Positions 27,872 through 36,196 of a stretch of 59,582 nt of DNA are shown in pieces. The notes below the pieces were generated by a model. The model worked only from the letters and a program-made list of their open reading frames with translations. It was not told the origin of the DNA and ran no database searches. This DNA comes from a bacterium (GTDB lineage: Bacteria > Patescibacteriota > Minisyncoccia > Moranbacterales > GWC2-37-73). The translations under genes and the position numbers were made by a program. The number at the start of each line of letters is the position of its first letter. Position 1 is the first letter of the stretch. The stretch spans positions 1-59,582 of the forward strand of contig QKEW01000017.1 in assembly GCA_003251635.1 (NCBI GenBank), given 5' to 3'.

Positions 27872-28795
27872 CTAGGGAGTTATAGAATTTAAATCTATAT
27901 CCATATATTTCTCGTGGGATTTCTTGGCTTCTTCATCGCTCAAAACTCCAAGATAGTGACGGCTGGTGGTTTGCAAGTCTGAGTGCCCCAACAATATCTG
28001 AATCTGACCCAAACCCACACCCCTCTTAAGCAAGGTAGTGGCGAAACTTCTACGCAATGTATGAGCCGTGCATCGCTTGGAAAGACCTGACTTTCTAACA
28101 TAATTCCTGAAATTACGCTGGGCATCATTCCTATCCCAACGCCTGTGACTTTTGCTTTCTGCCACAAATACAAACTTATATCTATACTCTCTTTTTTTCA
28201 GGTAATCCCTAATGCATTGATTAGACCACTCAGTAAAATATATTTTTCGTTCCTTATTCCCCTTTCCAATTATTGTTGCTTCTTTATTTGTAAAATCTAT
28301 ATCCTCAATTTTCAGGTTAAGTGCTTCGCTAATTCTGCAACCAGTCGAAAATAAGACTGCAAATAATGCTCTGAATCTGAGGTCTCTTAAGCTTCTCGTT
28401 CCTATGGAATTGAAAAATTGCCTGAGTTCATCTTCTGTAAGGTATTCCACTTTGTGCTTAGGTATCTTTGGTCGTTTTATTTTCTCAGCATCCATTACTC
28501 GCAGATTCAACTCTCCTTTGCAAAATCTCAACAGGTTTCTTAATATGGAAAAATTGTGTGCTCTGGTACTGGGACTCAAATTTCTCCTGCTATATTCTTG
28601 CCTAAGTCTGAGTATATGTCCCTCATTGAGCTTTTCCATTTTCAAGTCTCCTAATATATCCAATGTCCATCTCAATGTCTTACTATATTCATAAATTGAA
28701 GCAGGAGCCATTTCTAGCTCCAACTCACAATAATCAAGATATAGCTTGCTAACTTCACTTAATTTTATTGAATTTTTCCTGTTAAAAAATAACAT
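27872..28795 (-). CDS. tyrosine recombinase/integrase (XerC/D-like)
   Basis: 307 aa with an N-terminal SAM-like domain. The catalytic region reads TGCRISEAL, GKGNKER, HTLRRSFAT and LLGHSDLQTTSRHY. Confidence 0.92.
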   Translation of the reverse strand: MLFFNRKNSIKLSEVSKLYLDYCELELEMAPASIYEYSKTLRWTLDILGDLKMEKLNEGHILRLRQEYSRRNLSPSTRAHNFSILRNLLRFCKGELNLRVMDAEKIKRPKIPKHKVEYLTEDELRQFFNSIGTRSLRDLRFRALFAVLFSTGCRISEALNLKIEDIDFTNKEATIIGKGNKERKIYFTEWSNQCIRDYLKKREYRYKFVFVAESKSHRRWDRNDAQRNFRNYVRKSGLSKRCTAHTLRRSFATTLLKRGVGLGQIQILLGHSDLQTTSRHYLGVLSDEEAKKSHEKYMDIDLNSITP

Positions 28796-28815
28796 CGGAT
28801 TTCATAGTTTGTCCG

Positions 28816-28843
28816 ATGTTAGCTTGCGTGCAGATTAAGTCAA
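28816..28843 (-). promoter_or_regulatory. promoter TTGACT-N16-TAACAT with a conserved GCTTGCGTG spacer box
   Basis: The -35/-10 hexamers have a 16-nt spacer, about 20 nt upstream of the integrase ATG. The module is paralogous to 30876-30903. Confidence 0.55.
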
Positions 28844-28857
28844 ATTCAGTTGTCCGC

Positions 28858-29958
28858 TTATCTTTTATTTTGAATTTTACTCTTCTTTTTCAAATTACCT
28901 TCGGCTAATCTTTTCAAATCTTCCTCATTTTCAACCCCTTTCAACCTCCCGGATAAGAAACCCAGTTTATAGCTAATGCCATCACTCATAATTCTCCAAT
29001 TGGTACTAGCCAAGGTTTTCTTAACAAGTGTCTGAAAATCCTGAACACTAACCATCTTCTCTCTGCCAATCTTGTTATCTTGCAAGCCAAAGCCGAGAAC
29101 TACATCTTTTAGAATTTCTGGCTTCTCAAACTCCAAATTACTGAAGCCATTTTTTTCAAGAACAGGATTCAAAAGGTTTTGCAATTCAATTATTGTAAGT
29201 TTCTTTATTTTTGAAATTTCGTCATAAAGCTCAGTATTCTCTTCTTTTTCTTTCATCTCATCAACCAACTGCTTCATACTCTCCAAATGCCCTCTTTCAG
29301 CTAAATAACTTATACCATCTTCGGTTGATAGACAATATTTTTTGCGATTAGCTTCAAAATCTTCATCAACATCATCTTCAGATTTTCTATCCAAATCCAG
29401 TGACTCCACCTCCTTGTAGTTGCAATCTGAACAAAAGTATATTGTTTCAATAATATTACCTTTTCTTTTATGCTCGGACTGCAAATAAGATTTGCATTTC
29501 GGACAAGGATTAGACCTTGGCTCCCATTCTTTGCCATTTTCCCAATAAGCTCTACGCTTACTACATTTTTCACATTGAAACATAAATACCACCTCGTCCT
29601 TGCCATTAGTATAGCCCATTAAATCACGAGAGATGCACTTCATTTTCAGAGAACTACAACCGATACAACGCACACCCTTTGGTTCGTGAGCATTTTCCAG
29701 TTTCTTATCTAATTCTCTATCTCTTTCCATCCATTCCTGAATTGTCTTGTCTTTATCGTAATGCCTTTCACCTTTCATAAAATACAGTGAGGTTGGAGCA
29801 ACACACGCCTCAAAAAACTCCTTTTTGAATTTAGCCACATTTTCATCTTTATCCTCCAACGACTTAAGACCATCACTTTTTTCTAACGACTTGCATCGGT
29901 CAATTGTGATTTTGTCGTAAAGCTCACTATAATAATTATAATCTTTCAAATTTTTCAT
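28858..29958 (-). CDS. hypothetical protein with two CxxC...CxxC zinc-ribbon pairs
   Basis: 366 aa with CIGC...CEKC and CPKC...CSDC. Its start overlaps the Macro gene stop by 4 nt. Confidence 0.6.
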   Translation of the reverse strand: MKNLKDYNYYSELYDKITIDRCKSLEKSDGLKSLEDKDENVAKFKKEFFEACVAPTSLYFMKGERHYDKDKTIQEWMERDRELDKKLENAHEPKGVRCIGCSSLKMKCISRDLMGYTNGKDEVVFMFQCEKCSKRRAYWENGKEWEPRSNPCPKCKSYLQSEHKRKGNIIETIYFCSDCNYKEVESLDLDRKSEDDVDEDFEANRKKYCLSTEDGISYLAERGHLESMKQLVDEMKEKEENTELYDEISKIKKLTIIELQNLLNPVLEKNGFSNLEFEKPEILKDVVLGFGLQDNKIGREKMVSVQDFQTLVKKTLASTNWRIMSDGISYKLGFLSGRLKGVENEEDLKRLAEGNLKKKSKIQNKR

Positions 29959-30470
29959 TGCTGACTTAAAAGATTTTTATATATTTCATAATCATTATCA
30001 GAAAAAGATACGAAGTAAACTTTTTCTATATCGTGCCTCTCTTCTTCCAAAAAATCCTTAACTGTCTGAATTGCAATCGGAGCAGCCTCTTCAATAGGAT
30101 AACCGTATACTCCAGTTGAAATATTTGGAAACGCTATGGTTTTGATATTGTTATCTACAGCCAAGTGCAAGCTCATCATATAGCAACTCCTGAGCATATC
30201 CGATTCTCTTCCGTTTTCATTTCCATATATAGGTCCGACCGTATGAATTATCCATTTAGCTGGAAGTTTAAATCCTTTTGTTATTACGGCTTCTCCCTCC
30301 ATACATCCTCCGATTTTAAGACAGGCATTGTACAATTCCTCGCCTGCAGCGTTGTGAATAGCACCGTCCACTCCACCACCACCAAGAAGTCTCCTGTTTG
30401 CAGCGTTGACGATGGCATCAACTTCAAGAGTCGTTATATCTTGTTTTATGGCTAAGAGTTGGGTTTTCAT
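29955..30470 (-). CDS. Macro-domain protein (MacroD/YmdB-like ADP-ribose-derivative hydrolase)
   Basis: 171 aa with [30 protein letters not shown] and [12 protein letters not shown]. Confidence 0.88.
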   Translation of the reverse strand: MKTQLLAIKQDITTLEVDAIVNAANRRLLGGGGVDGAIHNAAGEELYNACLKIGGCMEGEAVITKGFKLPAKWIIHTVGPIYGNENGRESDMLRSCYMMSLHLAVDNNIKTIAFPNISTGVYGYPIEEAAPIAIQTVKDFLEEERHDIEKVYFVSFSDNDYEIYKNLLSQQ

Positions 30471-30856
30471 TTTATAAAATCCAATAATTGATTTGGTTTT
30501 TCTTTTAGATTTATTTCTACTAACCTATGCAAGGCATTATTTCTTTTCAGCTCCTCCCTTTCTCCATCGAAAGCATAATCATCTAGCCAAAGAAAGTCTT
30601 TACTAAAATCAATCCCTTCAGTTTTCCAAAGACCGAAATTAGTGGGCTTTATTTTTTTTAGCAATTCAAAAGACTTTTCTGAAACCTTACCTCTTAGATG
30701 TTCCAGTGCAGTCGAAGCATCACCTTTGCAGTGACTGGTAAGCCAATAGCAATCGTGATTCTCGGTGGCAAATTTCAAAAAATCATAAAGGTGATTTGCC
30801 TCAAGTCCGCCTTGTTTTGTTATAAGCGTCCCGTCAATGTCTAGATATAAATTCAT
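30467..30856 (-). CDS. small HAD-like hydrolase
   Basis: 129 aa with the N-terminal LDIDGTL (DxDxT) motif and a later WLDD. It overlaps the Macro gene start by 4 nt. Confidence 0.55.
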   Translation of the reverse strand: MNLYLDIDGTLITKQGGLEANHLYDFLKFATENHDCYWLTSHCKGDASTALEHLRGKVSEKSFELLKKIKPTNFGLWKTEGIDFSKDFLWLDDYAFDGEREELKRNNALHRLVEINLKEKPNQLLDFIK

Positions 30857-30875
30857 ATTTATTAAAGTTTGTGCA

Positions 30876-30903
30876 ATGTTAGCTTCGTGGTGAATAAAGT
30901 CAA
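30876..30903 (-). promoter_or_regulatory. promoter TTGACT-N16-TAACAT with a conserved GCTTCGTGG spacer box
   Basis: Same architecture and about 30 of 38 nt shared with 28806-28843. The box TTAGCTTCGTGG also occurs at 49756-49767. Confidence 0.55.
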
Positions 30904-30909
30904 CACTTA

Positions 30910-32178
30910 TTATGCACTGTCAAAGGATAATCCGCTCTGCTTAAGAAAGTCATCGACAACATCTTCCCTGATATCTTCAAATCCTAAATCCCAATAAATT
31001 TCTCTCAACAAATTTATAAAGTATTTTTTCAAATCTTCCCCATTGTTTAAAATATTAGTATCAATTTTTATATCCCAACTACATTCAGCAAGTAGACACT
31101 CTCTATCTTTTTCCCAAAAATCACGACCTGCGGGTGTTAATTGCCTTGCAAATGCATCATCTAAACCAGTCAGATTTATTTTTCCTACTAACACTCCGCT
31201 GTAACCATATTTATTATAAAATTTCTTGGCAAATTGAAATACACCGAAAATTCTAACGGCTATTCTCCAAAGGCTTACTATTTTAAATCCAGTATCTTCA
31301 CTTAATACTGAAACAGTAAATTTATTTTGAATTAGTCCTTGACTAAAAATTTGCTGAAACTCAATTAAATTGTTGTGTTTCAGGAAGGTGAAAAACATAA
31401 TTCCTTTTGGTGAAGGTATTACATTCAATTCAGGAAATGTAAAATTTCCATTTTTAAATCTAATCTCATCAATTCCATTTTTTATTTCTTTTGGGTTAGC
31501 AAATGATTGTTTTGGAAAAAATGGCTGGATAGTTATCTCACACATAGAAATATCTGTGACAAGAAATCTTCTGCTTTTAAAAATCACCTCCTCGCCTGCT
31601 TTTCTACTTTCTCTTATTATCTCATCTTCTTTCTTTAATACTTTTGCGTCAAAAATTTCATCAGCCATTGATAGGTATACTTTTCTGGACTTTTCAGCTT
31701 TCTCTTTCTTTCCAAACATAAGCTCCAACCCATCTGGAGAAGCAAGGTCTATTTGCTTTGTAATATTTCCAGTCCTGATATAGACATTTGAATCGTTTTG
31801 CACATAATAAGGAGTATTATCTCCTGAAAAAACCCTAACTAAAATAAAGAATTTATCATTTTTTGAATCTGTGGCGTGAACAACGCAGGAAGGAAATGGC
31901 TCAATATTTGCTATTTCTTGATGTAATTTTTCTATTTGCTTCGCATCAGTATCTATGCCATTCCAGTTTTTCGGAAATCCCGTTTTAATATCTTCCTCCA
32001 CTCCAATTATAATTACTCCGCCCCTACTATTGGATAAAGCCACTATATGTTTTGATAATCCTTTTGAAGAGTAATCCCGCTTATAATCAATTTGAAATCC
32101 TTCTCTGTATCCCTTTTCACAAAATGCAACGACATCTTCGAATTTAAAAGATTCAATTGGCTTGTTTAATATATCCAT
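30910..32178 (-). CDS. Schlafen/AlbA_2-domain protein with an uncharacterised C-terminal half
   Basis: 422 aa. The N-terminal pattern ESFKFEDV...IDYKRD...KHIVALSNSRGGVIIIGVEED is typical of the AlbA_2 (divergent AAA/Schlafen) DNA-binding domain. Confidence 0.7.
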   Translation of the reverse strand: MDILNKPIESFKFEDVVAFCEKGYREGFQIDYKRDYSSKGLSKHIVALSNSRGGVIIIGVEEDIKTGFPKNWNGIDTDAKQIEKLHQEIANIEPFPSCVVHATDSKNDKFFILVRVFSGDNTPYYVQNDSNVYIRTGNITKQIDLASPDGLELMFGKKEKAEKSRKVYLSMADEIFDAKVLKKEDEIIRESRKAGEEVIFKSRRFLVTDISMCEITIQPFFPKQSFANPKEIKNGIDEIRFKNGNFTFPELNVIPSPKGIMFFTFLKHNNLIEFQQIFSQGLIQNKFTVSVLSEDTGFKIVSLWRIAVRIFGVFQFAKKFYNKYGYSGVLVGKINLTGLDDAFARQLTPAGRDFWEKDRECLLAECSWDIKIDTNILNNGEDLKKYFINLLREIYWDLGFEDIREDVVDDFLKQSGLSFDSA

Positions 32179-32184
32179 CTTAGG

Positions 32185-32532
32185 TTAATCCTTATGTTTT
32201 AATAATGACTCGTTTTCAAAATGGGTAACTTTTCCAGTTTTTTTATCAATCACTTTTTGATAATAAGTTTTGTTTTTCTTATCAATTCTCCTTTCTTCAA
32301 TAACCCCTTCAGGATACTTCTTCATATCGCCACTGCTCTTATGCCTTGAAATAAATTCAACCATAAAATTTTTGAACCCTTTGACTTTTTGCTTTATACC
32401 AAAGTTTTCCGTAAAAATGGCGGAGTCGGTAATTGTAACTTTATACAACTTACTCTTACTACCACAGTTTGGACAAACTGAATTTCCATTAGGAAGTTTA
32501 GTTTCGCACTTTTTACATAAAATTTCTTTCAT
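32185..32532 (-). CDS. zinc-ribbon protein
   Basis: 115 aa with N-terminal CKKC-x11-CPNC. Gaps to the flanking genes are 6 and 13 nt. Confidence 0.55.
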   Translation of the reverse strand: MKEILCKKCETKLPNGNSVCPNCGSKSKLYKVTITDSAIFTENFGIKQKVKGFKNFMVEFISRHKSSGDMKKYPEGVIEERRIDKKNKTYYQKVIDKKTGKVTHFENESLLKHKD

Positions 32533-32545
32533 TGGCTTTCGTATT

Positions 32546-33889
32546 TTATAAACTTTGTTTAGTGATTACATTCTCATCAATAACAACGGTGCAGATGGCA
32601 TAAGCTAAAACATTTCTGGTTTGGTCATCAACACCGAAACACTCTACGAAATGGCTACCTCTAAAAACAGCACTCTCAGTTAAATTTAATGTATTATTTC
32701 TATTGATTTCTCCTCTTAATTGCTTGGCTCTTGTAGCCTGTTCGCCAGTGTTTGTAACCTTATAAAAATATTTGGTTATTTTAGATTTAGTGTGATTAAC
32801 GGGTGATAAAAATTTAGCTTTAAATTTAATCTTGTCATTCTTGTTTAACCTGACAATGCCACTTTTGTAATCTTCTGATTCTTCATTCTTAATGGCAGCA
32901 ATATAAAACATCGGGCTAGTCAATCTATTGATTGCCGAGCTATAACCATATGCTTCTATAAATTCTTCTCCTGACACAAGCCTGTGAAATATTCCTATTA
33001 ATTCCTTCTCACCTTCCACTTTTTTTATTTGTTCAACTAACACTAAAGCACATCTCGCTGCTAATCTAATCAATTTCTTCTCATTCTCATTTAATTCATC
33101 AATATAATCATCCACATATTTATTTCTCGCTCTGTCTGGAAATTGCCTTACACTTATAAATCCATTTATATTTCTAAAAAATAATTCCGCTAAACCAGAA
33201 ATGTCCATTTCGCTATTTTCTGAAATAAGTTTTTGCACAATCAGTTCTAAATGAAAAGATTTTAGCTTAAATTCTATACCCTTAAAGTTTCTTTTATTTT
33301 TCCAAGAGTTTCTCCACGCCTTCAGTAATTTTGCAGTCTTCCTAAAATTGGACGATTCTTCGTTTATTATTTTAGCTAATTCTATATAACCCCAGGGGTC
33401 GGTTTTAATCCATTTAACATCATTTTGCAAATTAACTTCTGGTATTGCATATATAGGTTTACCAAATTCATTAAACTGTTCTAGTTCACGAGCTGGAACA
33501 ATATCAATTTTAAAATCTCCCTCTTTATCTACAAATTCAATTTTCACAGAACGCGTTTGCGTCTTTGCCTTTATTTTTATTCCTAATATTTTGTATTCGG
33601 CTTCCAGTTTTTCTACCAAATCATTCAGTATATTATTTAAATTCAAATCTCCTGAGGAAATTTGCCTCTTTGATTCTTCAGGTAAAACCCAAATCACATC
33701 CAAATCATTTAGGGGCGTGATAGCGGTGAATCTGGCATATGAACCACTTTGAAATATTTTCCCTTCCAATATCTTACTTAATCTCTCGTATTCTTGCTGA
33801 ACAAAAATCTTTTCTTCCTTTGTTGGGGAATGAAAATCTCTTACAAATAAAGAGATGGGATTTCCAGCTTTTTTTTCACTATTTATCAT
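32546..33889 (-). CDS. SMODS/CD-NTase-like nucleotidyltransferase with a beta-rich C-terminal extension
   Basis: 447 aa with a Pol-beta fold triad: GS (SGSYARF), DLD (NDLDVIWV) and a third acidic residue in FKIDIVPA. This is followed by IKTDPWGY...TAKLLKAWRN, as in SMODS/CD-NTases. About 140 aa of unassigned C-terminal domain remain. Confidence 0.7.
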   Translation of the reverse strand: MINSEKKAGNPISLFVRDFHSPTKEEKIFVQQEYERLSKILEGKIFQSGSYARFTAITPLNDLDVIWVLPEESKRQISSGDLNLNNILNDLVEKLEAEYKILGIKIKAKTQTRSVKIEFVDKEGDFKIDIVPARELEQFNEFGKPIYAIPEVNLQNDVKWIKTDPWGYIELAKIINEESSNFRKTAKLLKAWRNSWKNKRNFKGIEFKLKSFHLELIVQKLISENSEMDISGLAELFFRNINGFISVRQFPDRARNKYVDDYIDELNENEKKLIRLAARCALVLVEQIKKVEGEKELIGIFHRLVSGEEFIEAYGYSSAINRLTSPMFYIAAIKNEESEDYKSGIVRLNKNDKIKFKAKFLSPVNHTKSKITKYFYKVTNTGEQATRAKQLRGEINRNNTLNLTESAVFRGSHFVECFGVDDQTRNVLAYAICTVVIDENVITKQSL

Positions 33890-34370
33890 AATTCATAGTT
33901 ATAACTGACATAATTATATCTCCCAACAATCTGTTTCTAAAATTAACAACGTTAGTGTGTTTATATTTCTGAAGCTTGTCCATTATCTGAACATCTCCAG
34001 GTTTTGCATAAATAATAAGAGCCTTCTTATCATTTTTCTTTTTTAAAACTTCGTCAATATCATTACCCCAATCTGACCAATCCAATAAAAATATGGAAGC
34101 GCCCTCTGAAGACTCCACGTCACTGACTGAAGAAATTTGAATTATATTTTTTTCTTTAAAAAGATTTGCTCCAACGAGTAAATTTTTTAAATCGGAAAAA
34201 CCATTAGTCGCAAAAATTGCAATTTTTCTTCCACGTAACCCATTACCAAGCCTCAATAACACAAGTTTAATACCGAACATCCATTGAATAAAAGCCGAGA
34301 TTATTTTTATAGCCAACAATGTTGCTGTGACATAACCAATAACAGTTAAAAAACTTTTTATTATTTCCAT
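33879..34370 (-). CDS. N-terminally membrane-anchored protein with a small alpha/beta domain (candidate partner/effector)
   Basis: 163 aa with a hydrophobic helix (FLTVIGYVTATLLAIKIISAFIQWMF), then alternating beta-alpha segments (KIAIFA, IFLLDW, ALIIYA). It overlaps the NTase start by 11 nt. Confidence 0.55.
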   Translation of the reverse strand: MEIIKSFLTVIGYVTATLLAIKIISAFIQWMFGIKLVLLRLGNGLRGRKIAIFATNGFSDLKNLLVGANLFKEKNIIQISSVSDVESSEGASIFLLDWSDWGNDIDEVLKKKNDKKALIIYAKPGDVQIMDKLQKYKHTNVVNFRNRLLGDIIMSVITMNYDK

Positions 34371-34380
34371 ATGATATTGA

Positions 34381-34584
34381 TTATTTTTTCCTATTATACG
34401 GACTCTGATTTGTGGGTTTTAAACTGATTTTATTCTCACTAGCCTTTATCTGAACAGCATTTTCAGTTCTTCCCAATTTCAATCCAATTACTCTTGTGGG
34501 TGTATTCTTTTTTGCCAGTGATTTTAATTGGGAGACTTCCTTAGCATTCCAAGCTTTTCCACTGTTTCTATTGTATTTTGCCAT
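34381..34584 (-). CDS. small GcrA/Myb-like HTH protein
   Basis: 67 aa. The pattern W..KEV.QLK.L....T....IGLKLGRTENAVQIKA resembles the GcrA N-terminal DNA-binding motif. Confidence 0.4.
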   Translation of the reverse strand: MAKYNRNSGKAWNAKEVSQLKSLAKKNTPTRVIGLKLGRTENAVQIKASENKISLKPTNQSPYNRKK

Positions 34585-34614
34585 TTGGTTTTTATTTAAT
34601 GATTAAAAAATTAT

Positions 34615-35277
34615 TTACACTTTTAAAACATCTAGCACTTTACCATTTATAATCAAATCATCTTCAGGGGTAAGATATATAGGCAAGAAATCTTTATTTT
34701 TTGACTGCGGAAACAAGCCGATTTTATCTTCTTCCAAATATCGCAATAGCTTAATTGTCGCTAGCCCATCAAGGATGGCAAGCACTGGAATGTTACTGTC
34801 GCCAAAGGCTGGTTTATAATTAGAATCAATTAAAACGTAGTCTCCATCCTCAATATTTTTCCCCTTCAATCTATAATCATTCATTGAATCTCCTGAAGCC
34901 TGGACGGCGAAAACATTTTTCGTGCTATTCCCTAATAATCCTCTTGAAACTTTAAGTGTTCCCTGCTTGTATTGTTCAGCAAAAATATTCGCCACACCGC
35001 AATTTGCACTCCCATAAATCGGGACATCTGCAAACATCATTTTTGACGCATCAAGAATTTCAATCGCCCTGGTTTCTGGATTTCTTCTTACCAATCCTTT
35101 TTTCTCAAGGTCATCAAGATACATAAAAATACTCCTTGGACTTTTAAGTATCAATCCGAAAGATTTTACAGCTTCCTGTAATTCTCGTATAGACGGCATT
35201 TCTCCGTATTTTGCATAAAATTTCTTTAATGCTTTAAATACTATATCCTGTTTTCTATTAAGTTCTTGCATATTCAT
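34615..35277 (-). CDS. lexA: LexA-type / S24 peptidase-family repressor
   Basis: It has an N-terminal wHTH (PSIRELQEAV...YLDDLEKKGLVRR) and a C-terminal S24 domain with GDSM serine and a downstream K (TIKLL). The ORF extends to 35337, but MNMQELN at 35277 fits the promoter and terminator positions. Confidence 0.82.
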   Translation of the reverse strand: MNMQELNRKQDIVFKALKKFYAKYGEMPSIRELQEAVKSFGLILKSPRSIFMYLDDLEKKGLVRRNPETRAIEILDASKMMFADVPIYGSANCGVANIFAEQYKQGTLKVSRGLLGNSTKNVFAVQASGDSMNDYRLKGKNIEDGDYVLIDSNYKPAFGDSNIPVLAILDGLATIKLLRYLEEDKIGLFPQSKNKDFLPIYLTPEDDLIINGKVLDVLKV

Positions 35278-35305
35278 ACTGTATACACTGTTTAACTTTA
35301 TGTAT

Positions 35306-35333
35306 ATAATACAGCATTCTGAAATTTTGTCAA
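35306..35333 (-). promoter_or_regulatory. promoter TTGACA-N16-TATTAT for the lexA-like gene
   Basis: A consensus -35 and a near-consensus -10 on the minus strand. CTGTAT-containing partial palindromes overlap and follow the -10. Confidence 0.6.
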
Positions 35334-35335
35334 TC

Positions 35336-35358
35336 AAAAAGCAGGGGACGCCCCCTGC
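35336..35358 (-). terminator. rho-independent terminator GCAGGGGG-CGT-CCCCTGC + TTTTT
   Basis: GC-rich perfect stem followed by a T-run on the minus strand, downstream of the methylase gene. Confidence 0.7.
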
Positions 35359-35433
35359 TAAACTTCATTCTCGCTATAATTTTAGTTATATCCCCCTATC
35401 GTCTCCCAAACTCATACTTATTTATATATATCA

Positions 35434-36195
35434 TTAGCACTTCTGAAATACAAACAAATGTTCGTGCATAATAAGTAAAAAATTGCTTTTCTTAGAACGA
35501 TTGACCCAGAAACCAGTTGCTTTACAATTATGCTGTTTTTTGATGATGTCCTCCTTTAAAGTGAAGCCTTGTTTAAGAAATCTTTCCATAACCTTAAACG
35601 CTAGAGGTTGGTACATCTTATTTCTCCTGGTATCACCTATTAAAACAGCACAGAATTTTCCTTTTTTTAACACGCGATATAATTCACAAGCTACTCTCTC
35701 TATTTCATCACAAAACCTATCAATATCGTGAATGCTAGATAAATCCTCCTTAATTTTACCTTCACTATATTTAATAATATCCGCATAGGGCGGATGAGTT
35801 AGAATAAAATCAATTTCTTCATTTTTAATAAAAAGCATTCTGCGCGCATCACATTTGACTATTCTTTGCTTGGCATTATTTTCAACTTCAAATTCTAAAG
35901 ATTTTTTTGTTCGCTCCAACGCCTCCTCGTTAACATCAATACAAGTAATATGACGATTTAAAATCTTTGCTTCTATAGCAGTTGTTCCACCGCCAATCAT
36001 ACAATCAAGTAAGTGGTCTTTTTCATTGGAATAACGCAGGATTAAATTACGAACAACTTCTGGTGCCCAATTACCACGCCAATCTGATTTATGAGTTGCC
36101 CAATTTCCTCGTCTCGGAAATGACCAAACTGTTGTACATTCTAAATCAAATTCATCTGGGTGAAGTTTTGTTTCTTTTTTGTTTGATATTTTCAT
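35434..36195 (-). CDS. DNA methyltransferase (N6-adenine/N4-cytosine type, second methylase of the R-M cassette)
   Basis: It has the SAM motif LDCMIGGGTT and the catalytic THPPY motif. The likely start is MKISNKKE, 1 nt after the endonuclease stop. Confidence 0.8.
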   Translation of the reverse strand: MKISNKKETKLHPDEFDLECTTVWSFPRRGNWATHKSDWRGNWAPEVVRNLILRYSNEKDHLLDCMIGGGTTAIEAKILNRHITCIDVNEEALERTKKSLEFEVENNAKQRIVKCDARRMLFIKNEEIDFILTHPPYADIIKYSEGKIKEDLSSIHDIDRFCDEIERVACELYRVLKKGKFCAVLIGDTRRNKMYQPLAFKVMERFLKQGFTLKEDIIKKQHNCKATGFWVNRSKKSNFLLIMHEHLFVFQKC

Positions 36196-36196
36196 A

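Noticed and set aside
29955-30470. The Macro-domain gene interpreted as the DarG antitoxin of a DarTG system.
   Set aside because: The protein is a stand-alone MacroD/YmdB-like domain without the DarG C-terminal extension. No neighbouring ORF shows a DarT/DUF4433-like pattern that I can recognise.
33879-34370. The 163-aa TM protein interpreted as a TM-STING or SLATT effector, or as a receiver (REC) domain.
   Set aside because: The soluble part (about 115 aa) is too short for a STING domain. Only one clear TM helix is visible, whereas SLATT has two. The REC phospho-acceptor pattern (DD...D...T/S...K) is not convincingly present. The protein is left unassigned.
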